A stretch of DNA of 64,000 nt from Azolla caroliniana (taxonomy: Eukaryota > Plantae > Polypodiophyta): contig JBHGNT010000001.1 in the NCBI GenBank assembly GCA_043228905.1, positions 5,580,001 to 5,644,000 of the forward strand, in the 5' to 3' direction. Shown in pieces: positions 25,241 to 35,561 of the stretch. The notes beneath the pieces are model-generated. The model had not been told where the DNA came from. It was given only the letters and a program-made list of their open reading frames with translations, and ran no database searches. Numbering within the stretch: position 1 is the first letter of the stretch; every line of letters begins with the position of its first letter. Position numbers and translations under genes: made by a program.

Positions 25241-26009
25241 TGTTGTCGATAATATGTAGAAGAAGATGATTGAGGACCTGTCAATCAATCTAGCAAACAA
25301 CACAAGTAGTGAAGAGGGTGTGCACTATGATAAGAGTCAAGAAGATGAAAGTAGACAATTGCACGAAGAGAGAGAGAGAAGATAGTACTCATCAATTTAT
25401 ACAATGTCCAATTGCTTGTCAAATTTGGCAAGTTTTATCACGGAGTTATTTGACACCTAGACAATGGGTGTTTGCACAATTTACACAGGCTGACCCAAAA
25501 TCAGAGATGGAGATTGTTTTCCTGTTTCTGAGGTATTGGGGATTGCGTTGTAATTGGAACATGCGCAACGCTTTTGTATTCGATGGTAGACATGGAGTGA
25601 AAGCATATCTACGAAAGTTGAAGGGAGTACTAATGTGGCAATTTTCTTTATTGGAACAAGTGGAAATTCTTTCCTCGGTGGAGTGTTCGTCTTGCCTATT
25701 GGCAATTCAACATGTTCCACTACCCATATAGTGTAGTGTGGTTAGTGTGTGACCATACTTCATTGTCACACGTATTGTAAGTAGTGTTTTTCACACACAT
25801 TTATTAATATAATTGTGTGTTTTCACCAAAGAGAGAGAGAGAGAGAGAGAGAGAATGATGTGCTCAACGAAGACTATCTTACATTTACCGTCGAACTACT
25901 TTTACAATGCTTAGTCTCTCACTTATATAGTTAGGGTAACTTTGCCCTAACTGTGAGGACGTGTTCACACTAGGATACAAGTGGGTAGAGTGGGACTTTT
26001 AGCCCAACA
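25241..26009 (-). repeat. 5' LTR of second Copia element, interrupted by an L1 3' fragment
   Basis: tgttg...caaca termini, next to the PBS and the TSD. Confidence 0.85.
25381..25830 (+). mobile_element. 5'-truncated L1 3' end inserted in the LTR (GA)n tract
   Basis: EDSTHQFIQCPIACQIW...WNMRNAFVF (L1 zf-RVT C-terminus), stop at 25731, short 3' UTR; flanked on both sides by aagagagagagaga. Confidence 0.8.
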
Positions 26010-26124
26010 CTCACAATGCTTAGTGTATGACCCCCATTCTGTAAGCTCTAGTACCACTACATGGTCACAATCCTTCCCCCTTGACGATGATGATACCGAT
26101 GACCATGATGATGGTAATGGTGGT

Positions 26125-27121
26125 TAGGGATCGGCAACGGCTCGGCTCAAGCCTAAACCGTTTGGCTTAGCCGGCTTGAAAACGGCTTAGCGGCTCGGCT
26201 CAGCTCGGCTCGGTTTAGGCTTGAACTTGCCTTAACGGTTTGAGCTCGGCTCGGTTTAGGCTTGAACTTGCCTTAACGGTTTGAGCTCGGCTCGGCTTGG
26301 CTTGAGCCTCGCCAAACCAGCTCAAGCCGGATAAACCGTTTAAGCCGTTTATAAACTTTAGAGAGGGGGAGAGAGACAACAGACAAGGGGAAAGAGAGAG
26401 AGAGAGAGTGAGGGAGGGAGAACTACATAGATGAGGAGAGAGAGACAGAGGGAGGGAGACAACATATAAGGAGAGAGAGAGAGAGAGGGAGGGAGGGAGA
26501 CAACATATAAGGAGAGAGAGAGACTACACAGAGGGGAGAGAGAGAGAGAGAGAGAGAGACTACACAGAGGGAGAGAGAGAGAGAGAGGAACTACATAGAG
26601 GGGAGAGAGAGAGAGAGTTGGGAGGGAGAGTCGAGACCATAGACGTGAGAGAGAGAGAGAGAGAGAGAGAGAAACTACATAGAGGGGAGAGAGAGAGAGA
26701 GAGAGGGAGGGAGAGTCGAGACCATAAACATGAGAGAGAGAGAGAGGAACTACATAGAGGGGAGAGAGAGGGAGAGGGAGAGAGAGTCGAGACCACAGAC
26801 GTGAGAGAGAGTGGGAGGGAGAGCTTGTACAATGTATAGTATATAGTATATAGTATATAGTGGATCATTTGAGAGAGAGGGAGGTAGGGAGAGAGGGAGA
26901 GAGAGGGAGGTTTCTAAACCGGTTTCCAAGCCGGTTTAGAAACCGGTTTACAAGCCGTTTACCAAACCGGTTCACAAACTGGTTTAGCCTAAACCGGTTT
27001 GTGAACCGGCTTGGCTCGGCTCGGCTCATGTTTGAGATCCTGTAAACGGTTTAGGCTTAGTCGGTTTGGCTTGGATCAAGCCAAACCGGCTAAGCCTAAA
27101 CCGAACCGTTGCCGATCCCTA
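26125..27121. mobile_element. Non-autonomous hAT-type DNA transposon (MITE-like, 997 bp)
   Basis: Perfect 16-bp TIR TAGGGATCGGCAACGG / CCGTTGCCGATCCCTA. Perfect 8-bp TSD ATGGTGGT (26117-26124, 27122-27129). Subterminal AAACCG/CGGCT repeats around a GA-rich core. Confidence 0.95.
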
Positions 27122-27399
27122 ATGGTGGTGCATCCTCTCTATGTGCCATGGTGGGAACACCCCTCCACACATCCACCTCGATGAATGTGCACAAGAATCT
27201 GACAAAACGCGAGACACCCAACAACTATGCAATGAGATATAAGCGAGGCAATGTCCCGAGCCTCATAGTCACGATTACTACCCCAATATCAACACACACA
27301 CACACACACACACAAAGATGTCCCACATAGATCGCAAAAAGCTTGAGTTGGAATTGTCATAACACATTAACAAATAGAGGAATCCTTGATGATATAAAA

Positions 27400-28710
27400 G
27401 GTAGATAGGTTACCAATATAAGTAACTTCCATACATTGAGCTTTTGATTTATCCTTTACCCTAATCCCAAGTTGATACATTACCCTCACAAAAATTGATC
27501 AAGTAATGACCCCCTATAACAGAACCACACTCGCCCTTTTACGTATGACTCTTTTTGGTGTATGGAAATGTTTTTTTCAAACCCCTTTACTATGCCTAAA
27601 TTATTTTTTTGGTACACACCCTCTGTAGTTAACTCTTATATGTAATCTATCCTTTTCACACCCACATCCTCTAGCTACCATTTTATGATAAGTTGTTATT
27701 TTCATCACACTTTTCACAAGAGATAGATGTTCAAGGTTAAAAAAAATTCCTTTTAAGTATTTTAAAAATATTTTTACTTGCTTCCCGTGTAATTCTAGGA
27801 AGTCAATGTGAGGGGTTCGCTTGAACCTAAAGCACATATTTTATAACCCTTTCCATGCCCATGATCTAAATGGGAAGTGATCCATTCTCAACACGTATGA
27901 GCACATATGGCATTTGTAGCATGAGTTTAAGAAAGGTCATAAGAAAGTGTTTTTTGATATTTTTAAACTCTTTTCAAGGGATCTTATTGCCCCATACTTC
28001 AAAGTTCAACGCCACAAAGAAACATTGTTGTCCTTATGTATCAAAGAGGTATTCCTTGAGAACATGGTAATTAAGTTCTCCTCAATTGCATATGTTCTCA
28101 AATGCATACTAAGCCATCATTCACACATCCAAGGTAGCTCATTCATTACATTTGAGATTTGAGTAACCCTTAAGATGAAGGTATTTAGAGCTTTTTATTA
28201 TTTCAAGTGGCTCATTATTGTACACAATAAATACATGACTTATACTTATTTTGACTAAAAAAATACAACACCATCTCGATAGATATCAAAATCATGGTAA
28301 TTGCATTTATGATGATATCTTCTTTGATGCCTTCATGCTTTATAAACTTATGAATCATTTGTTCCAATTCATCAATGCATAAACCAATCAAAGCTATTGA
28401 GAGTGCATCAATGCTTAACAACAATAGTGCTAAAGGAAAAGAAAACTGAAATTTCATCTTTCATATAGAGACAACATATCACCTTCTCATAGATTTGATA
28501 AATCGCAAGCATAAATTCATTTTGTACCTCAAGTTCTTCTGTGTGTCTCCAAACATGTCCTCAAGGCACAATGTCAAAATCTTTCATAGAGTCTATGAAA
28601 TAACAATATACTCCTTTACATTTCAAACAACTTTCCATTGCTAATAGTCGTGACTCGTACGTGTTATAAAGTGTTCATGCATATTGTAGTGTTTCCAAAA
28701 ACTAGTTCCC
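27400..28710 (-). mobile_element. Degraded RTE-type LINE reverse transcriptase remnant
   Basis: LIGLCIDELEQMIHKFIKHEGIKEDIIINAITMILISIEMVL resembles RTE RT 'LFGLxIDxLE...LLYADDVVL'; many stops. Boundaries approximate. Confidence 0.6.
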
Positions 28711-28712
28711 AA

Positions 28713-28810
28713 AAATTAGAATTAGAAATTTTAATGATCTATTAGGAGGTCAAATGTGACCACGGACCAAAATAAACATATTGTATGTGTCTCATTTTTA
28801 ATAAAGGATA
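28713..28810 (-). mobile_element. Very short RTE-type LINE 3' end with (TTCTAA)n tail
   Basis: aattagaattagaaatttt...ggtcaaatgtgaccacggaccaaaataaacat...tatgtgtctc parallels 7030-7125. Confidence 0.65.
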
Positions 28811-31236
28811 TGAGAAAGAGAGAGAGATCTAATAATGAATCCATGACTCGTGTTGCAACTTGAGTAATTATTCTTATTCAAATGCTATGTGCATAAAATA
28901 ACCTTATATAGGATAGCATAGTGTATACATAAACTTCAAAGCATGGTGATTTGTCCATGTAGATAGCCGTTAGCAAGAAACACAAACAACATGTTATCTC
29001 TCCTTCTCGTGAGTTAAGATTTGCATAAGCGCCTTTAGTCTAATGAAATGGTGAGCAATAATGTCTCTTGAGGATCATGGGGTACATGAACAAAGGAAGG
29101 TGAAAGGAGTTTGCATTGATGAACAAAAATATATATGATCGAAATTTGAAGTGCATAATCTGCTTCACTTTAATCACATGACTAGTAATAATTTCTATGA
29201 AGATTGTGGAGTAGATCAACAACGAGGATGAAAAGGTAAAGTAGCATTGATTGATAAAAAAATATTTGAAATAGAAAAAGGTTTCCTAAATTTTAACCGC
29301 ATCTATGTTTTCACTTTAGTATCCATGTAATGTAGTGAATTTAGTAAAAGAAGTCATTAACTTGGTTGGTTGATTCATTTATGAATAACTATATTTTGCC
29401 ATGGTCTATATGTCCCGTATTTAAGAATCCATATGGCGTGACAATAGTCAACTATGTCCCATATATTGAAAATCCTTGTGGCATGATTATAATGAACTAT
29501 TCCTCCGTTAATTGATGCTAAAGTCATTTTCTTTGGTAGGTGCATATAAATATATGTGTTCTCGATTGTGATTGTGCATTATATTGGTAATTTGTTTTGG
29601 GGGATTATCCTTTCACTCTTGTTTGCATAGATCAAGATTATTGATAAACTCTATAAGATCTATTAGTTGTTGCTTTTCTAATTGGTTTTTCTACCGCAAT
29701 ATCAATGATTACGTATCCTTGTTAATTTTTCAAATTTATATATGGATGATACTAAATTACGTATATAATATAGTGTTTGAGGCCCTCCTGACCTGGTCCT
29801 ACATGGTCATGGTGTTAGAATATTGTATTGTCTTTTATTACAAATGTAGTCATTGTAACATTTAATTTCTAGTTTTAACTCTTTTGGTAGATATATCTAA
29901 CCAATACTCTAATCTTCATGGGCTCGATACGTATTCTATGGGCACATTATAACAAAGTCTCGACAACATAAAGGATGCCATCATGAATTGGAGGTACTAG
30001 GTGGCCACACAAACTTGCGTCTCAAATTGTCAAAAGTCATGTATCTATTGCTCTAGTCAATAATGTTACCCCACACATGAAGGTGTTGTCTTTGCTACAA
30101 TCAACACAAACAAATTAGAATAACATACTTTATTAATGCCTGATAAGAATACAATGAGCTTAGAGCTACATTATCAATTGGTTTCTTGTTTTGCCATAGG
30201 GAACAATATACACATACGTTGCTGAGATAATGAGCGTGAAAACCACTAAACAATGACTTAGCACTTCATTCAATAGGCCTATGTGCACCGTGTGTTTCTC
30301 TTATAGGTTATTGACCAAGTGTTTCTCTTATGTAGGCTAGCTTGTGTGTTACACATTTATGTTTCTATCATTTTGTTAGCTTCCAAGAAAGTTAGAAACT
30401 CTAGATGTTTTTTTGTCCAAAAACAAAACTCCTTCCATTATGTCAACTGAGAATGTCAATATGAATTATGTATATTGAATTATATCATATTGAAGTTATG
30501 TATTGTCAGCAAATCCCTTTGATTCAAGGGCATCGATCTCTAGATATTATTTTGAGACACTACTTTTTTAGAATCTACTCTTTCAAAGCCAATTTGTCCA
30601 AGCTTTAAGCATAGAACGTTGATTTTCGAACCATAGAGCTCAATTTTAAACATTAGAATCTATTGAATCTAGACCTTGTTGCTTTTGGACTTCATGAGCA
30701 CATTCGCCATTTGAGTTTCTTAAAATTGCGTCAAATTAATATCGTCAAAGGTGCTTGTGGTTTACTTTTATAAGAATCATGAACCTCTCGACACAAGAAA
30801 GTATAGATATCAAACGTTCCCAATACTAGGAATGAAATGGAATATGTAAGTGGAAATTGAAGGTTTCCAAAGTCCGAACTCTACTCTTGAGAAAAATGAT
30901 ATTGTCAGATCATATGTAAGTGGAAATCAATCCTTCCAAACTCAACACTTCACTCCAATGGACTCTCATAAGACGATTGTACGTTCTAATGTATGCATTT
31001 AGCTGGTTGATTTAGGTAAACCAGAAGTTTAGTCAGGTCATTGATCTTATGACACACGTCAAAAGGGGTACAATGAATTTTAATACATAGGTGATATGTG
31101 AAGCCGTGCTAGGACAACATTGAGCACACACGTCACACACATTGAAGAAAATAACTGTAACTAAGGGACAATGAAAATAAATGGCGATGAACCAAATGTG
31201 TACAATGTACAACTCGTTACCAAAAACTATATATCT

Positions 31237-31313
31237 TTTGGAGAAACTATAAAATATACGTTTGGAGAAACTATAAAATATACTTTCGGAGAAACTATAA
31301 GAGATACTTTCGG
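31237..31313. repeat. 24-bp minisatellite, 3 copies
   Basis: tt(t/c)ggagaaactataa(a/g)a(t/g)atac(g/t) x3. Confidence 0.92.
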
Positions 31314-33275
31314 TTCTCAAATATTTAAAACAATATATGTATGCATGAATTGTCTTTAAATTACACACACATTGCATTTGAAGTTTAACCTCCATCTCTC
31401 TCTCACTAAGTGGATAAGATGAACATAATATTGGAAGATTAATTGGAAGTGAATATAAACACAAGATATAACAATATATTTGATTCCTGGGAGACAAATG
31501 AGTAGACGGATATGTTATTAGCATCATCTTAAGCCAATGCTATCATTTTTCAACCGTTGCATTGTTAAAAGTGATTTGTAAAACCATAGTTTTAGGAGCA
31601 AAATGCTTAGAAGCATGATCTATAAACTACATGTGAAGAATATTTTTAAATGAACCTAAAATCAAATAGATTGTGTTGCCCATGTAGACATCATGTTGTC
31701 ACGTGGCGGTTCAATAATATTAATAGGGAAAGCTCATGAATCAATAAGGGTTTTTTTGTTAGATCGAAATAATGGGAACTTCTAAAGTGTCTTTTCTTAT
31801 GTATAATGGCATTGTATGCTTTAGCATGAAATGCATTCTTTCCTTCTCTCAACGATGAAAGACATAGAGGGTAAACCAATAGAGAGGAAGAGAACTATTT
31901 ATTCTATTCTCTTATCTATTTGAGAAGAGAAAACTCTTAAACAAATCTCTGATCTTTTTTGGTGAGATTTGGAAATCACATTTTGACAAAACATATTTGA
32001 GAAGCATTAGAGAGTAGATTCTCAACATGTGAAAATGTAAAGAGATATTTGCATACATCCCCCCTTATTGCACATAATGTATAGTCCATTAAGTATGTAG
32101 AAATTAAAATAGATGAGAATGCAATTTTGATATAAAACATCTTAGTGATACAATGCTTTTCTCATAAGCGTACATACAGACATAATGCAGTTAACCAAGT
32201 AATTCTTGCTGTGGTTAAGGATCCATCTAGGATTATGTATTATCAAAACAAAGCTTTGGGAATCCAGTAAGTTAGTGAATGACATACAAAAGGATTAGAA
32301 CAAGGGCTACTATAGAGTAAGTGTTCTCATTGTATCTTCTCTTTCTTTGCATTCTCATTCTAAAAATAATGTAGCCTAAAATATAATGGATGCAATGGAT
32401 ATGTGCCTGCAGCTTGATGCACATATTTGTTACCATTTAGTGTATTTTTTGTAAAAAAGTAAAGCATGGAGATGGATGTAAATAAAATGCGCTACCTTGT
32501 ATAGTACACCCCTTAATGGCTATCCTTCAATAAAGTGGATGAGAAAACGTGTCCCAGACAACTCATGACAATTGCTTTGTTTGTGATTGCTATGTCTTGA
32601 CTAGTGAGAAGTTAATTAGGCCAATTAGAGGAAGAGAATCATTAAGAAAGTGCATCTCCCAAAAACCTTATCGTGCACATGTCCACCACCTAACAGGACA
32701 TAAATTGAGCAAACTTGTCTATCATGGAAACCTACTTTCAAGAGGAGATATTCCATTTGTCTTATAACTTTCTATGAATTTGTAAAGATGTTCACTTGCG
32801 TGTGAACAACGAAAGCGATGGGTTTGTTTTAAAAGATATACTCCGACTAATCTAAACAGTACCACACATTTGGAAGGGAAATATATCGAGTCTCCCATTG
32901 GTGTTGGAGATAACATTGTAATTTCAGCAATATCACCATCCATCACCCTTACTCCCCTACTCCCCTACTCCCCTGCCCCACTCCCCTTCCCAAAAGAAAA
33001 AGAAGGAAGAAGAAGATGAGACACCATATCAAACATGATGAACAAAGGGCCCGGGGAAACTTTGACAGGGGGTTATGTGACGATGATTTTAACGGGACCG
33101 ATTTAGGAAGGGCAAAAAAGAGGTGAATAACAACGAGGGGTTGGGAGAGAGCGTGGGCGAGGAGGATATTATTCTTAGGTGAAAAAGAGTAATGGGGAAG
33201 GGTGGTAAAAAAAATCCATGCATGGCATGGAAAGATTATTCAGTTTTGGGGGGGGGGGGGGGGGGTTGGCTTGGC

Positions 33276-33321
33276 TTGACCTCACTTGACTTGACTTGAC
33301 TTGATCTCACTTGACTTGACT
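33276..33321 (+). promoter_or_regulatory. Cluster of six W-box (TTGACY) motifs upstream of the ATL gene
   Basis: TTGACC at 33276; TTGACT at 33286, 33291, 33296, 33311 and 33316. Confidence 0.5.
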
Positions 33322-33764
33322 GACTGTCAAACCTGGTGTCCATTTAAGGCAATTTACACCAACTCTTACACTTCATCATCATCATCATCATCATCATCAT
33401 CTCTCTGTCTCTCTCTCTCTGTGTCTCTGTGTCTCTGTTTCTCTCTCACCTCTCATAAATGCTTCCACACACACATTACCATCAGACACAGAGAGGACAA
33501 CAGATGGAGAAAGAGAAACAGAGAGAAAAAAAGGAGAGAGACAGAGAAAGTGGCTCCTCCTCCTCCTCTTCTTCTTCTTCGTTTTTCCCTGCTTGTAAGC
33601 GGCGTGAGAGTAAAAGAAAACCCACTCCTAATACATACATACCACACACAGACACAGAGAAGCATTTGCATACGGCGATGAAGCCTCTGTAGCTTTCTGA
33701 CCATGTAATCAAATCTTTCTTAACATTTTCCTTTTTCACATAATTGCCTTCTTCCACCATCGCC

Positions 33765-35561
33765 ATGTTTCCTGCTACTTCTACCATCATCTCTGTGGTT
33801 CCTTCCCAGCCCTCCTCTCTCATCCCCATCCATAACCTGCCTCCCAATTCAAGCCTGCGAAGACATGTCCTCCATGAGACCTTCCGAGAAGCTCAGATCA
33901 ACCCAAGCATCGTGGTCATCATCATCATTCTCACCATAATCTTCTTCTTGTCTGGATGCCTCCATCTCCTCATCCGATGCCTCGTCATGAGGCACCATCC
34001 TCGCCGAGATTCCAACGCCATCGTCTCCATCACAGCTCTGCAGGGACAGCTTCAGCAACTGTTCCACCTCCATGATTCAGGGGTGGACCAATCCTTCATA
34101 GACACTCTGCCTGTCTTCTTCTATGACTCGGTGCAGAAAGGGTTGAAAGAAGGCGCGGATTGTGCGGTTTGCTTGTGCGAGTTCGAAGCAGAGGATCGCC
34201 TGAGGCTCCTGCCCAAATGCAGCCACGCCTTTCACATGGAGTGTATCGATACCTGGCTCCTCTCTCACTCCACATGCCCTCTGTGCAGGAGGGGCTTGCT
34301 CCCGGAGCAATACGGCCATGACTTAAGCAGCAATGGCATGAGCGGTGCCAACTTCATATCTGCGCACCATGGGAGCTTGGCATTGCGAGATAGTTCTAGC
34401 AGGAGCTATACTAGTAGTGCAGAGGCAGAGACAGGGGGTGCAGGTGCAGGTGCAGGTGCAGGGGGTGTGGGTGTGGGTGTGGGTGTGAACAGGGCAGGAG
34501 GTTCGGGCCGTTTCACACCATGCTACTACGGGAGTTCGGCTCGTAGTAGCTCCGTCGACCACACGGTCGTGGCCGGTCCTCGTAGTAGCTCCGTTGATTC
34601 ACGCACCGACTGCTTGCCGGGCCACGTGATGGGCAAGCCCGAGAAAGAGAAAGCCGCATCGGACGCCCCGTCCGGCCGCAGCGAATACGAGGGCAAAGTC
34701 CTGGCCGTCCAATTGGGACGGTTGCGGGCGGTGCCTCCTCCTGCCGGTGGGCCGGGCGAGGTCAGTGCTCGCATCGTTCTCGACACGGGCACATCCAGCA
34801 GCATCCACAGCGGGACACGGAGGTCTTACTCGGTCGGCTCCTACGAGTACGTACTCAACCCGACAAGCTTAGAGGTGTTGATCGCGCCCACACCTTGTAA
34901 CAAGAGGCGCCCCCCGGGCTCCACCCCTAGGAGGCTGGTCCCCGTATTGCCACCCGGCCATCGAATCACTCTCTCGGAGTGCACCCCTGAGGACACACTC
35001 GAAGAGTACCCCGACCCCGCCATGCTCACGCCTTTCCATCCCCACGATCACACCATAGCCGTCACATCACTACCACATAACCCTCTTTATAAAGGCTATG
35101 CTCATCTCAACCTTGACATGTCGCCCATAGATGATCTGCAACATCATCATCATCACCATCACCATCACCATCGGATGGCTGGGCCTCGCGATGCCCGCCT
35201 CAAAGCCCACGACCCACTTCCTCTAGCACTGTACTATTGTACTGGTGACCACCACAAGCAAACATCGAGAAGGGCCTTCTCGTTCCGCCACCCTCTCAAT
35301 GCCGAGGCTGCCAAGCTGAAGATAAACACGAGCAGGCGCTCCCACTCCGATGTCGAGGCATTCCCCAACATAAACTGGAATGTGGACGAGGAGGTCGCCG
35401 AGAACGAGAGCCACAAGTCTTTCTCGGGTGCCCAACTCGTGGCCCCCTCGGCCGAGCTCAGCCACACATTACCCGGATCGAGAACGGGATCGGGATCGGT
35501 TGCGGCCCCATACTCACTTGCAAAGAAGACCTTGAGTTGGATAGTGGGAGTCAAACATTAA
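33765..35561 (+). CDS. ATL: RING-H2 E3 ubiquitin ligase, ATL family (ATL13/46/47-like clade), 598 aa, intronless
   Basis: N-terminal TM helix; LQGQLQQLFHLHDSGVDQSFIDTLPVF (GLD-type motif); RING-H2 CAVCLCEF...CSHAFHMECIDTWLLSHSTCPLCR; RRSYSVGSYEYV motif. First in-frame ATG at 33765 (the ORF track starts at a TTG). Confidence 0.95.
   Translation: MFPATSTIISVVPSQPSSLIPIHNLPPNSSLRRHVLHETFREAQINPSIVVIIIILTIIFFLSGCLHLLIRCLVMRHHPRRDSNAIVSITALQGQLQQLFHLHDSGVDQSFIDTLPVFFYDSVQKGLKEGADCAVCLCEFEAEDRLRLLPKCSHAFHMECIDTWLLSHSTCPLCRRGLLPEQYGHDLSSNGMSGANFISAHHGSLALRDSSSRSYTSSAEAETGGAGAGAGAGGVGVGVGVNRAGGSGRFTPCYYGSSARSSSVDHTVVAGPRSSSVDSRTDCLPGHVMGKPEKEKAASDAPSGRSEYEGKVLAVQLGRLRAVPPPAGGPGEVSARIVLDTGTSSSIHSGTRRSYSVGSYEYVLNPTSLEVLIAPTPCNKRRPPGSTPRRLVPVLPPGHRITLSECTPEDTLEEYPDPAMLTPFHPHDHTIAVTSLPHNPLYKGYAHLNLDMSPIDDLQHHHHHHHHHHRMAGPRDARLKAHDPLPLALYYCTGDHHKQTSRRAFSFRHPLNAEAAKLKINTSRRSHSDVEAFPNINWNVDEEVAENESHKSFSGAQLVAPSAELSHTLPGSRTGSGSVAAPYSLAKKTLSWIVGVKH

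Larger units (their letters stand above)
19016..26009 (-). mobile_element. Second Ty1/Copia element, internally deleted and heavily nested
   Basis: TSD CTCAC at 19011-19015 and 26010-26014. The LTR stub 19016-~19075 matches 25241-~25300. Perfect tRNA-Met PBS (gctctgatacca on +) at 25227-25238. Gag at 24361-25151; pol is absent. Confidence 0.85.

Noticed and set aside
26560-27045. ORFs rich in SL or RE dipeptides
   Set aside because: Translations of the (GA)n core and subterminal repeats of the MITE.
29000-31000. Possible transposon remnants
   Set aside because: Too degenerate; no termini or protein motifs could be supported.
31237-31313. Regular repeats suggestive of a CRISPR array (also 1094-1271)
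   Set aside because: Head-to-tail units with no unique spacers, eukaryotic context, no cas genes.
33849-35554. Several antisense ORFs over the ATL gene
   Set aside because: Shadow ORFs of a GC-rich coding sequence.
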